Assembly (NCBI RefSeq): GCF_001194135.2
Contig: NC_068985.1
Coordinates: 38,542,985-38,606,984 of the forward strand
Direction of reading: 5' to 3'
Origin: Octopus bimaculoides
Lineage: Eukaryota
DNA: 64,000 bases
The translations under genes and the position numbers were made by a program. The notes under the pieces are model-generated. The model saw nothing but the letters and a program-made list of their open reading frames with translations. It made no database searches and was not told the DNA's origin. Positions 1 through 13,826 of the stretch are shown here, piece after piece (position 1 is the stretch's first letter; each line of letters starts with the position of its first letter).

Positions 1-335
1 GATTAAGTAAGTACCAGTTACGCACTGGGGTTAATGTAATCGACTTAATCCCTTTGTTTCTCCTTGTTTGTCCCCTCTATGTTTAGCCCCTTGTGGGCAT
101 TGAAGAAATAAGAAACGTCAGCGCGCCGGGCGAAATGCTTATAGGTATTTCGTCTGTCTTTACATTCTGAGATCAAATTCCGCCGAGGTCGGAATCAATA
201 AATTAAGTCCTTTCGGGATCGATAAATTAAGTCCTTTCGGAATCGATAACTTAAGTATCAGTTGCGTATTGGAGTCGATCTAATCGACTGGCCCCTTCCC
301 CAAAAATTTTGGGCCTTGTGCCTAGAAAAGAATAT
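1..335 (+). mobile_element. Fused pair of tRNA-derived SINE family A copies (3' half with tail A1, then 5'-truncated copy with tail A2)
   Basis: Shares AAGTACCAGTT..CACTGGGGT..ATGTAATCGACTT core and CCGGGCGAAATGCTTA..GGTATTTCG..CAAATTCCGCCGAGGTCG head with copies at 5556, 30335 and 45043; small internal tandem duplication at about 195-260. Confidence 0.85.
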
Positions 336-2699
336 CGCTGTTGGTGTTGTGATTGTGGCTAAAATGTACCATATCACAATGACAGTTTCTGAAACGTTTA
401 AATAATTTTTTGAATAAAAGTCAAATAAATAAAAATTGTAGAGATGCAGTTATCACTCCATACCACCCCGTTGTCCCTAGTAGCCACATAAACTCTTCTC
501 CTGTCTTCCAGAGGACGGTATTGCACCGAATTAGTGGAATATATATCTACTTCTGTACTCAACCTTTATTTAAATGAAAAGCTGAGTAACTTTCAGAACC
601 TAAAGGGCCGAAAGCAAATGTCTCAAAGCATTTCATCCGATACCTCAAAAATGTTGCTAATCCACCGAAACATCTAAAACAATACAAGTTCCTGTCTTGT
701 GTATTATTCATCTCTAGATGAATAATACACAAAGAAAAGACAGTCGTTTCTGATGCTATCAGAACAAAGAAAAATGTGTACTAAAGCTAAATGCGAACGG
801 AAAAACAAAAACCCTTCGTCTGACGGTCTATTGTTTCCGCCTTAAATAGCTCTTTTCTCACTAGTTAGCCAATGCTTGTAAATCATGTGGTTGTAGTTAG
901 TTGCATCGATCTTCCTGTTCAACAGACATCCATTTAATTAGTTGTCGTAAAGCATCTAGCCACACACTCTATAACTTGCGCCGTTTTCACCGCCATATTA
1001 GCAACAATAATCATTGATATTTAATTCTCCCTATGCTATAACATTTCCTTGTAATCTCTTCGTTTAATCTGTATCTTAATAACCTTTTCGTGACACACCT
1101 GAGCAGCTAACAAACATAGATAACTAACAATGTGAATTCCTAATAAGGATCTCGCTCGATTTTATATTCGGTTTCTCAAATTACAATCAATGACCTTTTT
1201 ATTGAATGTAACAATAAACAGAAATGAGGAAAACATCGGAAGTGGTGGATGAAGTGGTGGTTGGTGAAACAGTATTGGAAACAACACAAACAAATAAAAC
1301 CATAGGAAACAATAGCTGGGAATAAACTGTCGTTTATTTATTCAAAAAGACGTTCACATTAATCGTCTCTACTTTAATAACAGAACACCTGCTCTCCAAC
1401 GAATAGCTGTAAGATATCTATTAATATCATTAACTGCAGCAATCTAGTATCAACATGCGCGCGCGCGCAACAAACATATGCGCTCACACAGACACTCATA
1501 TACACTGATATATAGATATTCATGTATAGATACACACTAAAATTATGATTATTTACACATATATGGATATACGTTTCAGTGTGATATTCTGAAATTTATA
1601 TTCATAAACGCTAGATGTCACATTTTTTGTTCGATGCTCTCTGTCTCTGTCTCTCTTTCTCTTTCTATGTTTTTCTCCCAACGCACACATGTGTATATGT
1701 CTGTGCATGAGAGAGAAGGAAAGAGAAAGGAAGAGCCCTGAGAGAGAGGGGTGGATAGAGAGAAAGAGAAAATAGGAGAGCATGTATGTGTGTATAATCT
1801 TTATAGGTGTGAGGCAAAGGCGGAGTAGTGCCCATGTCATTTATACGCCCGTTCAAACTACTTATACCGATATGGTTGACGTTTAACTTTAATGCCTGTA
1901 AATGGACGACAGGTGAATGTGTGTAAAAATATCCACCACCCACAGTCTGCTTAAGCAGATTAATATCAATATCTAAAATGAATTTAAATCACATACTTAC
2001 TTAAGTGATTATATCTCTGTTTATTCTCAATTGTTACGTATTTCATAAAACATTTTGCTAAATTTACTCTAAGAATATAATGTTTCTATTTAACTTAGTA
2101 TTTTGGGAGCAAGCCAGCAAATAGGAGCCTATCTTGATTTGAGTGTTACTGAGATGAGACATGATTATAAGAACAATAAGAACTTATATTTATTCGTAAT
2201 ACTGATGGATTGACTTAACACGAGTGATGATTTGTGTGTGACTAAGATCAGCACTATAAACCAATATAATGAAACATAGTCATAAGTACAATCAGAAGTT
2301 CTAGTAAACTGATGCATTGTCTTAGCACGAGTTATGTTATTTTTGTAGTTTAAGTTCAATGAACACTGACAGGTCACATGTACAGTCAAACACATTCCAG
2401 CTGTCTTATTGTTTTAACTTACCTCTTTTTATTTTTTGGGGGGGGGTCCTCGGTATCCAGCTGGTCTTCGTGATTTTGAGATTTTCTGGGATGCACGGTG
2501 CCAAATATTGTTGGTCTAGTTTCTTTTCTTTTTCCTTTTCTTTATTCTCTTGTCCACATAATAATTGTATTTTCATGCTGACGGTTTGTTAGATGCAAAA
2601 TAAGGCGTGCTGGGTGAAACCAACGCAGCATCATATTTTGCAGAGACCTGGGTTTCCTTCGAAGAAAGAAGTCGCCGTTTGAGATACCGACTCCCCAAT

Positions 2700-3400
2700 T
2701 GACATGAACGATCTTCCATAGGTACTGATGGTGAATGTTGCCATGTTTCTTAGCCATATCGTTTGTCATTTTCTATATTTCCTTCATAGTATATACAGCT
2801 ATTCAATGAATTATAATGTTAATATATACAACTATTTGATGGACTATTGCATAATAAACTCGAACTTTCATTATAGTAGTGATGCTTATGTTATCCACAT
2901 TGGGCTCATGCTATTGTACCGCATTGTAATGTTTTTATCCCGCCTTATTGCATTCTCTTCGTAAGAAAAATTATGAACAGCCTCCACAATATATTTTTTG
3001 AAAGATTTCAATGAAATCTTTAACGGCCATCATGACAGATACTTGCTATACTGATGGTTTCATTATTATCAATAAAATCTATCAAGGCTACGTTCTTTCA
3101 CCCAATGTCATCTCGCTAGCAGCTGCATTCTTATGAAGGTAACAAATGGATGTGCTAGAGGACTGTAGCGGAGGATAATAGAAGGACATGGCGATCTGTC
3201 TTTTGCATATGATATTGTTCTGCTCAAAGAAGCATGAACTGAACAGCAGGAACTATCTATTAACAAAAGTAGAATAGTTCGTCAAAAACTACAGCGATGT
3301 ACGTATACTCATAGTAATAAAAAACCTCGCTGTTGGGTTTAATCTACACATGTTGTTGTTCTTTATCCTCTGGTTAGACTTGAAGGATTAAAACTTTAAT
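2700..3400 (+). mobile_element. Highly decayed Penelope-like reverse transcriptase remnant
   Basis: Broken frames give LMDYCIINSNFHYSSDAYVIHIGL (resembles PLE RT L..LCL.N.YF.....Y.Q..G) followed by CYTDGFIIINK (resembles RYIDD.FII.N); many stops and frameshifts. Confidence 0.4.
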
Positions 3401-3437
3401 CGAAGTCTAATCATTTCAACATATTATTCATATATAT

Positions 3438-3655
3438 AAGGCGATGAACTGGCAGAACCGTTAGCATGCCGGGCAAAATGCTTAGTGGCATTTCGTCCGT
3501 CTTACGTCTTGAGTACAAAATCCTCCGAGGTCGACTTAGCGTTCCATCTTTTGGAAGTCGATATAATAAGTACCAGTTGAATAGTAAGGTCGATGTAATC
3601 GACTTATCTCCCCCCCTCCGAAATTGCTGGCCTTGTACCAACATTTGAAAGCAAT
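3438..3655 (+). mobile_element. SINE family A, near full length, diverged
   Basis: AAGGCGATGAACTGGCAGAACCGTTAGCATGCCGGGCAAAATGCTTAG head plus core AAGTACCAGTT..GGTCGATGTAATCGACTT. Confidence 0.85.
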
Positions 3656-4399
3656 ATTACTCATACATGTGTTGCTGTTGAATCGAAATCAGCCCACTCG
3701 GTCTGTCTAATGTTATAATTAAAAGCTTTCAAGCCGCGATCATTTCATCATTTTCCGCAGTATAGCTATGCACAATCGTATTATGCAGTACAAGCTTCTT
3801 CCCTAAAACAATATACATACCCATATTTTATGATGTATGTATACAATGTAACGTTTTACAGATACAAAATTTGAAGCTGTATTTTAAAGGTGAATAGCTG
3901 AATCGGCAGGCATGATAGTCATTATCTATTTATACCAAAAACTACATTCTATGTACCTAGCAACCGCCCATCTAAGAAATAATGTTACGATAGACTGACA
4001 CATTATACGGGATTATATTTATCTCGGACAAAATACCTGAGATTATAATATAATCACCGGCTTTGGAGATAGTTGGGACTAAATACTCTTTTAAGACGTT
4101 TATAATCTTGATATATTTTGTTTAGTATCAATGTTATTTATTGGAGGAGGAATCAGTCGTCTGAATTTTCCCCAATATATTACTGGAATTTATTTCGTCA
4201 AGCAGAGTCAAATGAAGACTGAGTCTTATACAATTTGAACACAATTCTTCAGTTCTTTGTAACTACGCGTCGTGTTTTAAATTCTAAGTATAAAAATATC
4301 TCTATGATTTTACATGTAGTTAATGTTATTGTAACTGTAGTGAATGGCGCCAATGAGTAGTAGACGAAAGACTGGAAAATTCCGCTTACATTTTTTGTC

Positions 4400-5340
4400 T
4401 GATCCGTTTAACTTAGACCCATTGTATCTAGTTGAGTCAAATGTAGCCCACCTCCAGTTTTAATTAGATCAATATTTGTTTCTTGCCTACTGTTACCAGT
4501 ATTTACTCTGTGGCAAAAATTCAAACACCCTCCCCCGCACAAATCTCTTTTTTTTTTCTGTATAATATTGATCGAAAGATGTTCAGGCTGGTTACTGAAG
4601 CCATTGACAGCATCAATTTCAGTAGACAAGGAAGCCGGCAAAGGTCATAGTCACATTTTCACCCGTGATAAACTTAAAGCTTTAAAAATCATTAATCATG
4701 AATATTGATTCAATTTAAGTGAATTTAAACTTTCTATTCCTACATACGCCTTTCCATAGAGAAAAGAAACCTAAAGTTTTGACATCCGTATTCCGATTTT
4801 TCAATAATTCTGATATTGGCTGGTTAAATGTAAAATTTTCCATCAAGTATGATAAACATTTANNNNNNNNNNNNNNNNNNNNNNNNNNNNNNNNNNNNNN
4901 NNNNNNNNNNNNNNNNNNNNNNNNNNNNNNNNNNNNNNNNNNNNNNNNNNNNNNNNNNNNNNNNNNNNNNNNNNNNNNNNNNNNNNNNNNNNNNNNNNNN
5001 NNNNNNNNNNNNNNNNNNNNNNNNNNNNNNNNNNNNNNNNNNNNNNNNNNNNNNNNNNNNNNNNNNNNNNNNNNNNNNNNNNNNNNNNNNNNNNNNNNNN
5101 NNNNNNNNNNNNNNNNNNNNNNNNNNNNNNNNNNNNNNNNNNNNNNNNNNNNNNNNNNNNNNNNNNNNNNNNNNNNNNNNNNNNNNNNNNNNNNNNNNNN
5201 NNNNNNNNNNNNNNNNNNNNNNNNNNNNNNNNNNNNNNNNNNNNNNNNNNNNNNNNNNNNNNNNTTTGAAACCAATAATTTATACTTAAAACCATATGTA
5301 CCATACGATACAATTTCTATCGGAATGAACTTGGTTTAGT
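4400..5340 (+). mobile_element. Decayed Penelope-like ORF remnant spanning an assembly gap
   Basis: Non-repetitive frameshifted peptides (..FHREKKPKVLTSVFRFFNNSD.., ..KPYVPYDTISIG..) reminiscent of the N-terminal region of molluscan PLE ORFs; gap 4863-5264. Confidence 0.25.
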
Positions 5341-5555
5341 AGAGCAATTAGCTATTTACTGAAGATGAAAAAAGATAAAGAAAAAAAACATTTCGTCTTC
5401 ATGTGTCAGTGCTGATTAATTAATGAGATCTTAGTATCTCCGCCTGAATTTCGATAGCATGAAGTTCAGCTGGGAGGATTACTTTCGGAAATCATGCTGC
5501 AAATCCACCGCTATGGATAATGTCTTCAGAGCTGGCAATGAGTCGAACTTGGTAT

Positions 5556-5778
5556 CTATTTCTTTATTGCCCACAGGGGGCTAAACATAGAGGGGGACAA
5601 AAAAGGATAGACAAAGGGACTAAGTCGATTACATCGACTCCAGTGCGTAACTGGTACTTATTTAATCGACCCCGACAGGATGAAAGGCAAAGTCGACCTC
5701 GGCGGAATTTGAACCCAGAACGCAATACCGCTAAGCATTTTGCCCGGCGTGCTAACAATTCTGCCAGCTCGTCGTTCT
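5556..5778 (-). mobile_element. SINE family A (tail A1), full length, with 15-bp TSD
   Basis: Complete head-to-tail homology; flanks AGTCGAACTTGGTAT (5541-5555) and AGTCAAACTTGGTAT (5779-5793). Confidence 0.92.
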
Positions 5779-5889
5779 AGTCAAACTTGGTATTGCTAAC
5801 TGACCAAAATAATTAGCGAAAGCTAAAACAACTTGTAAGCGAATAACTTTAACCGAAAGATAGAAATAAATAAAAGAAAGTAAAAAAGC

Positions 5890-6790
5890 AAATAAAATTT
5901 TCTACTCTAGGCACAAGGCCCAAAATTTTGGGACAGGAGGGCACTCGATTAGATCGACCCAGAATGCTCCTAGTACTTAATCTATCGAACCCGAAATACA
6001 AAGTCGACCTTGGCGGAAATTGAACTCAGAACGTAAAGACAGATGAAATACTGCTCAGCATTTCGCCCGACGAACTAACGTTTCTGTCATCTCGCACCTT
6101 CAAATGTTCTTTTCTACTCTAAGCACAAGGTCCGAAATTTTGGGGGAGGGGCCAGTCGACCTCGGCGGAATTTGAACTCAGAACTTAAAGACAGACAAAA
6201 TACTGCTAAGCATTTCGCCCGGCGTGCTAACGTTTCTGCCAGCTCGCACCTTGAAAAATACTTTTCTACTCTAAGCACAAAGCCCGAAATTTAGAGGAAG
6301 GGGGTCAGTCGATTAGATCAACCCCAGTAGGCAACTGGTACTTAATTTATCGACCCCGAAAGGATGAAAGGCAAAGTTGACTCCGGCGGAATTTGAACTC
6401 AGAACGCCAGCTCGCCGTCGTAAAAAAAATACAAATAAAGGCTTTGCCTTTCATCCTTTCGGGGTAGATAAATGAATTATCAGTGAAACACTGGGGTCGA
6501 TGTAACCTACTAGTCCCCTCCTCCCAAATTTGGGGCTTTGTCCCTATAGTAGAAAAAATTATTGTATTAGTAATCAAGGCGTTGAACTGACAGAATCGTT
6601 AGCACGTTGGAGAAAATGCGTTGTGGTATTTCACCTGAAAGTTCCGATTTCAAATTCTGTTGAAGTCAACATTGCCTTCCATTCCTTTCGGGGTTGAGGA
6701 AATAAGTACCAGTTGCGAACTGGGGTCGATGTATTTGACTAACCGCTTTCCCCCAAATGTCAGGCCTTGTGCCTATGTTTGAAAGAATTA
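5890..6790. mobile_element. Cluster of five SINE family A (tail A2) copies: three head-to-tail on minus, two on plus
   Basis: Repeated TTTTCTACTCTA(G/A)GCACAA unit starts near 5900, 6110 and 6262; plus-strand copies at about 6440-6560 and 6577-6790. Confidence 0.88.
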
Positions 6791-7273
6791 TAGTATTAGT
6801 AATTTTTGTAGTGTTGTTGGGTTCTCATCGTAACTGTCAATATTGAATCGGTGAAACAAGATTTACAAAGCTGTTGTAAGCAATGCTGTTTTTGTTTTGG
6901 GTGAAGGACCATCATAAAGGTCCATAGGGGTTTGTCGTGATGACAATTATGATAATGAAATTTAAAGTAGAGGTGGGACAGCTATGTGTAAGATCACGAG
7001 ACTTGTATAATCTCCTTGAAGGGCGAAGTAGAGGTGATAGGGAATCAGTTAATCAAAGATGGTATTCACGCACCTACATGTGAGGACATCATTATATTTT
7101 TGATTAGTAACACTAGAAATTAAAAGAGAGAAAGGAAGAGTGGAACTGGGACGAAAAGAAGACACCAAGAATATGTACACATGCTAAATTCTCAGTAAAC
7201 CATTAAACTAGAAATGAATTATGATAGAATATTAAAGTAAATGCTATTGGTTGAGTGATATGCATGGACTCAG

Positions 7274-7319
<46 letters not shown>

Positions 7320-9678
7320 CTATACACACACATTTATATTCATAAACACATATATACGTATCTATGTACATACACACAAGCAAACATAAGCCCATAGATT
7401 TTAAGAGGTATTAACGTTACAATTTTAGGTGGAATGTATTTTCCAGGTGAGTGCATAAATGGTGTTACGAATGTATGCGTTTGTCAATCAAGTACTAATG
7501 TCTTTATAATAGGCTGGGCCCTCCCACAACGTTCGTGACCTTACCCCTATATTAGTACCCATAGTTCTTGAGTTAAGGAAGCGAGTAAATCATTATAAAA
7601 TTAATTAATGAGATTATATCACTTGTCTATATATATTTTTTCCACCCCTTCAGAAATGTATACTTCATTTGGGTCGATTTCATAAGCATTTGTGAAATGA
7701 TTTGTAAATATTATTAGTTGCACAAAAGAAAACAAAATAAAGCATTGTATGTGTGCGTGTGTGTGTGTGTGTGTGTGCGTGTGCGTGTACGTGTGTGCGT
7801 GCGTGTGTGCGCACGCGCGTACACCTTTGTGTATATATTGCTATGTAAGTGTGATCATGAATGTATGTATGTATGTATGTATCACTACGATTTAGGCCAC
7901 ATGTATTCATCTTTTCAAGCACGGATGTGTATATTAGTATATATATTTACTCATTCACAGTCCGATATATTCACAAACATATTTATTTAATCATGTGGAA
8001 AATTCATTCCGCCCCTTAATCGCCGTCTTTATAAAACCATCAGTTCAACTTCGGGACCTTTTTCAGTTTTGCTTCAATTTGCCGCTACTGTGAGTTGATC
8101 TGTACTGGATATGTTTGTATGTGTACAAATATGTGCTAAAGGTGACTTGTGTTACCGGAAGATTTCATTTATATACTGTAAATTCATGTCATAGAGCTGA
8201 CACATCTATCCCTCCCTCTCAATTCAAACTTCCACAATGATGGGCATATTTTATATTCAGTATTGATAATATCGTGTTGATTGCCATCTTGCTAGTCGTT
8301 GTTGTTGTTGTTGTTTTACCCCAAATCAGTTCTGCTCAAGATGTTTTAAAATAGAAAACTTTCATCCCGCCATTTGGTTTGGCCACCAGTTATATCAGAA
8401 ACGAACCTGCCTATTGTGTCATTCCTGAACAGTGCAACCTGAGAACATATTTTCTGTTATATCTTACTGGTTAATGAACTTCACAAACCTTCTCGTTGCA
8501 TTGCACCAGTATGATTTTCACAAACTTATTAAATATTGTATCCATTAACAGCTGGAATGACTGAGGTGTTTTTAAAATTGAAGAAGCTTATACATGATCC
8601 TAATAAAAATTTGCTAACAAGATTTTAAGCGCAAGATTTTAAACACATAATAGATACAAAAGCTCCATAACCTGAAACTAACAATTCTATATTACGTTCT
8701 CTTAAAATTTTCCTGAATTTTATCAGTTCACTATAATTCAGCATTCATTATAAATGGAGAAAAATCTGGAAATCAGATCAAATTGTTAACAACTTCTCTA
8801 CAAGGAAATTTGTAAAAATTTGGCTAATTCATTTATAACAAGCATGTAAAAACTTTCAATTATGTGGATTTAAAAATCGTGTATAAGTGAGTTGACTAAG
8901 CATTCTTTAGATTATAACCATTTTAAAATAGCATTTCTGTCTTTGTACGTTTATGTAGTTGTTTTCCGAGATTCCTGATGTGAAATCGGTGTTGAGACAG
9001 ATTTTGTTACGTTTCAAAATTCTAGTCCAGGCAAAATGAACTAAACTGGACAGGAGGAGATATGTGGGATGGAGAGCCGCCGAAGAGGTCACAGGACGTG
9101 TGATGGAAGATTTCAGACATAGGGCACTGACATAAGAACAATAATGAAACTGAAAATGTCTATTTGGCAAAAAGAAAAAAAAAAGTCCCGAAATATAACA
9201 ATAATTATGTTTTGCATATGTATTTGATTATTTAGTGTAATTATTGCTTATAATTTTTTTAAAATTAATATGTTCTAATACAATGTTAAAAATGTCTTCT
9301 TTCCTTCTTTTATTTTTTACATAATTTTTTCGCTATACCCAGCCGTTTTTCTCATAATCTCGTATGAATGGACTCTGGTGGCAAATAAATGAGGTTATCA
9401 TTATTGTTGTTGTTATTATTTTGGTGTTGTTTTCGTCTGCCTGTGGATAACATTTTTTAACTGAAACCACGCCTTTGGGTATTAGGATAAAGTAGGGTTC
9501 AGAAAGACTGCGTTGGAGATGGATTAATAGGCAAAGTTGTTATAAAAATCCCAGTTGGAAAGTTTACGGGTGAAGTACAGCCGTTCCACATTTGATAAAT
9601 AAATAGCATGGACTATATGAACTGAGATAACCGACACAGATAAAGACTTTGAAGTAAAGATCACTGAAAACTGGTAAA

Positions 9679-9680
<2 letters not shown>

Positions 9681-9740
<60 letters not shown>

Positions 9741-9975
9741 AAAATGATGATGGTGATGACATGATGATGATGACCACCACCGCCGCCAAAACCACTGTCA
9801 CGTGACGGCACTGATGACGATGACAACGATCACAGCGATGATGGTAATGACCATGACGACGACGACGATGATAATATCGATGCTGCTGCTGCTGCTGCTG
9901 CTGCTGATGTTCATGATGATGATGGTGATGATGATGATAGTGATGATAATGTTCTCAATATTGGTAACAATAATA
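9681..9975. repeat. (AAT)n followed by degenerate (GAT/GAC/GCT)n microsatellite
   Basis: Directly visible. Confidence 0.95.
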
Positions 9976-10076
9976 GTGAATGAAGACTATACGAGGCACA
10001 ACCTCAGCCATACTTACTGACAATTATAGTTTTCCTTTCTGATAATATATTGCTAAACCACTGCATATTTTAATGA

Positions 10077-10127
<51 letters not shown>

Positions 10128-11181
10128 NNNNNNNNNNNNNNNNNNNNNNNNNNNNNNNNNNNNNNNNNNNNNNNNNNNNNNNNNNNNNNNNNNNNNNNNN
10201 NNNNNNNNNNNNNNNNNNNNNNNNNNNNNNNNNNNNNNNNNNNNNNNNNNNNNNNNNNNNNNNNNNNNNNNNNNNNNNNNNNNNNNNNNNNNNNNNNNNN
10301 NNNNNNNNNNNNNNNNNNNNNNNNNNNNNNNNNNNNNNNNNNNNNNNNNNNNNNTATATCATTACACGTAATAATCTGTATATACATGTGCGTGCGCGCG
10401 CATAAGATGTGAATAAAATGAAGAATATTACAGTTAATGCATTCTAAAGTACATTATTACAATCCAATCATTCCAAAATACAATAACATGTATTCAAAGC
10501 AGATTGTTTCAATCAAAATATTCCAAAGAACTTTATTACATATCTCAAAATATCATATCAAATCCAAAATATATTGCTAGAATCAGATCATATCAAGATA
10601 ATGTATATATTTGTGTGTGCTCGAGAGCGCGGGCGTATGTGTGTATATAGCGAGAGATTTTGTGTATACATGTAGATAGATGTGTGTGTATATATGTGAG
10701 TGAGTGTATGTGTTTGAGTATGTCTGTGTGCGTGTATCTGTCTGTATAACTATAGGAATGTGCGTGTGCGCCCGTACAACATTGAGCACAGATTATGAAT
10801 ATATATATATCATATATATGATATTGCTAGAAAAATCGAATAACGCGCACTAATTTGGATTGAACAAAGAAATAGTTTCTCTTTTTCCTTCCCACTTTCT
10901 AACACAGCAGCACTATTGGCTTACATGTATCAGGTTTGACTTTTAAATCTTAGTTATCTACAATTGATGAACACATTTAGCCATATTCTTTTCTCATTCA
11001 TTTCTTCAACACGTTATCTCACATATATTATTTTGCTAATGAAAGTAAAATTATCAAACTAGATATCTATGAAGAAAAACTCATAGAGCGTTATGATACA
11101 CATTTCCATCCATCCATCCATCCATCCATCCATACATACATACTTACATACATACATACATACATACAAACATACATATTT

Positions 11182-11587
11182 TATCTTTTACCTATTGTTT
11201 GTTTCAGTCATTAGACTGCGGCCATGCTGGGGCACTGCCTTGAAGAAATATTAGTCGAATGGGTCGACCACAGGACTTATTTTTTTTAAGGCTGGTACTT
11301 ATTCCATCGTTCTCTATTGTCGAACAGCTCAGTTACGGAAACGTAAACACAGCGACTCCGGTTGTCAAGCTGTGGTGAGGCAGACAGACATTGACAAAAA
11401 GACACACTTAGATATATTTATACGATGCGCTTCCTTCAGTTTCCGTCTAACAAATCGACTCACAAGGCTTTGGTCACCCCGGGGTTATAATAGTAAAACA
11501 CACCTGACCATGGTGCTATGCATGTGACTGAACCCGGAACCATGAAGGTGGGAAGCAAACTTTCTTAAAACATAGCCACCCCTGCAC
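11182..11587 (-). mobile_element. tRNA-derived SINE family B, near full length, diverged
   Basis: Minus-strand head GTGCAGGGGTGGCTATG..TTGCTTCCCACC..TGGTTCCGGGTTCAGTC (A/B-box-like) matches heads at 20757 and 50262. Confidence 0.8.
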
Positions 11588-11648
11588 ATATGAATATATG
11601 TGTGTATGTGTGTGCATGTATGTGTATATATGTATGTATGCATGTATA

Positions 11649-11688
<40 letters not shown>

Positions 11689-11949
11689 NNNNNNNNNNNN
11701 NNNNNNNNNNNNNNNNNNNNNNNNNNNNNNNNNNNNNNNNNNNNNNNNNNNNNNNNNNNNNNNNNNNNNNNNNNNNNNNNNNNNNNNNNNNNNNNNNNNN
11801 NNNNNNNNNNNNNNNNNNNNNNNNNNNNNNNNNNNNNNNNNNNNNNNNNNNNNNNNNNNNNNNNNNNNNNNNNNNNNNNNNNNNNNNNNNNNNNNNNNNN
11901 NNNNNNNNNNNNNNNNNNNNNNNNNNNNNNNNNNNNNNNNNNNNNNNNN

Positions 11950-11994
<45 letters not shown>

Positions 11995-12374
11995 TATGGA
12001 TATCTTATAAAACTATATCGCACATACAATAACGGCCATACCAACAATCCAACACACCTACATCAACAGCTGTCCCACAAATATCACTATGGTTTCGACA
12101 CATAGGCGGTACCATTCAGTCCGGCGGTGTCAACAGCACTACAATAATATATATATGTTTGTTTGTGTATGTATGTGTATATGTATATATATATATATTC
12201 ATGTGATACTCGTCTTTTCTTTTATATATTTTTGTTATTACCGCTCTGTACTCGAGTAACGCTTCGTTCTGAAACATACCTATATTGAGTTTTATACCTG
12301 GTTATTAGTATCACAATGCCTTGTTGACACATACGTACATGCAAGCATGTATACATTTTCATTTTTTCATTTCA

Positions 12375-12770
12375 TTTCATCCAGTTTCAGCTCATGAGCT
12401 GTGGCCATGCTAGGGCACCGCAATTTGGTGTTGCTACACATAAATATTTTATTCATCGAGCACGAATGGATGAAAAGCAAACTCGTTCTCGGCAGAATTT
12501 GAACTCAAAAGATAAAGATAATGCCGCTAATTGCTTTGCCCCGTGTACTAACGAATCTGCCAGCTCGCCGCCTTAAACGATTCAATAATATTTGTTTCAA
12601 ATTTTGGCAATAGATCAACAATGTTGATGAGGAGGAAATAAGTCGATTATATCGACCCTAATGATCAACTGCTGCTTGTGTTATCGATCCCGCAATAATG
12701 ATTGGTAAAATCAATCTCAGTGAAATTTGAACTCGGAACGTTAAGACGGACGAAATGCCGCAAAGCATTC
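12375..12770 (-). mobile_element. Two adjacent diverged SINE family A copies
   Basis: GAATTTGAACTC and GCCAGCTCGCCGCCTT (12556-12575) motifs; second copy about 12605-12770. Confidence 0.7.
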
Positions 12771-13528
12771 TGGTCATCAGATAATTTTTTACGCATATTC
12801 ATAGTGTTTATTACTACCATATAATAAACACTATTATGCATCATCACGCATAATCGTGGCATCATTACTCGTCTATTTGTGTGAGGAATTCTATAGTCTG
12901 TAGTTATATTGTTCACTGCTGCTTCCCCGTCTACATTTGTTTTGTATTGTTTGGTGAAGTGCGCTACATTTACAAAACGGTATACTTCATTTGCTAATAT
13001 AACTGTTAGAGTTACCAAGTTTACAACTTTCTGCTTGTAATCGAATTTATAAATCACAATGGTAATTATACACGTATTGTTTGTTGTTAAGAAAAACAAT
13101 TTCAATTTTAGTGGGTTTTTTAAATTATACACTATTTGTGTTATTATATCGTTTAAAACGGTCCCTTTTGTATTGGTTAAAGAGGTCTTTGTTTACGTGC
13201 TTAGTTGTTCAGTTGTTAGTATGCCTTTGTTTCATTAATCTCAATTCTTTATGGTATTTGCATATTTGAATATTTCCTGTGGTATCTGATGTATTTACTG
13301 GGCTTATTACCTCTGCTGTTGCTTAGCTGTTCGATCTGTTTGCTTGTTAAAATATCATGTATTGTAAATTAGAATAAGCAAGAAGAGAAAGCTCAGTACA
13401 ATGGGGAAGTAAAGTTTCTCCAGCACGGCCGCAGTCAGATGACTGAAACTTGTAAAATAATAAGACAAAAAGAATAGAATAAGATTGGTAGTGTTGCCGC
13501 TTGGTGGTTCATCAATAGGTTACCTTGT

Positions 13529-13715
13529 GGAGGCGCGTAGCTTAGTGGTTAGGGTGTTGGACTCGTGATCGTAAGATTGTGGTTTCGGCTCCTGGACTAG
13601 GCGATGCGTTGTGTTCTTGTGTAAAACACTTCGTTTTACGTTGCTCCGGTCCACTCAGCTGACAAAAAGGAGAATATATACGCCATAGAAACTGGGAAAC
13701 CAGCTCTTATAAATC
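13529..13715 (+). mobile_element. tRNA-derived SINE family C, internally deleted
   Basis: GGCGCGTAGCTTAGTGGTTAGGGTGTTGGACTCGTGATCGTAAGATTGTGGTTTCGGCTCC head with A/B-box-like elements. Confidence 0.8.
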
Positions 13716-13826
13716 AACATAAGTCATGAAGGTTACTTTACCTTTGTTTTTTAATAGGCTACCTAATCCTTATATTTTTGAAAGAGATATTTACGACAAA
13801 CAATGTTGTGTATGAGAAGAATATTT

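Noticed and set aside
2423-2590. Minus-strand open frame ending at a strong AG|gtaagt donor
   Set aside because: No pyrimidine-rich acceptor, low-complexity K/E peptide, next to a probable PLE remnant
8990-9140. Minus-strand ORF with a GPI-signal-like stretch, and nearby 9520-9680 frames
   Set aside because: No stop after the hydrophobic stretch, weak donors and no consistent phase chain with other candidates
13529-13610. tRNA-like sequences (also 13827, 17887, 20300, 28880-28952, and family A/B heads)
   Set aside because: A/B-box heads continue into shared SINE bodies and lack a complete cloverleaf with acceptor stem; SINE heads, not tRNA genes
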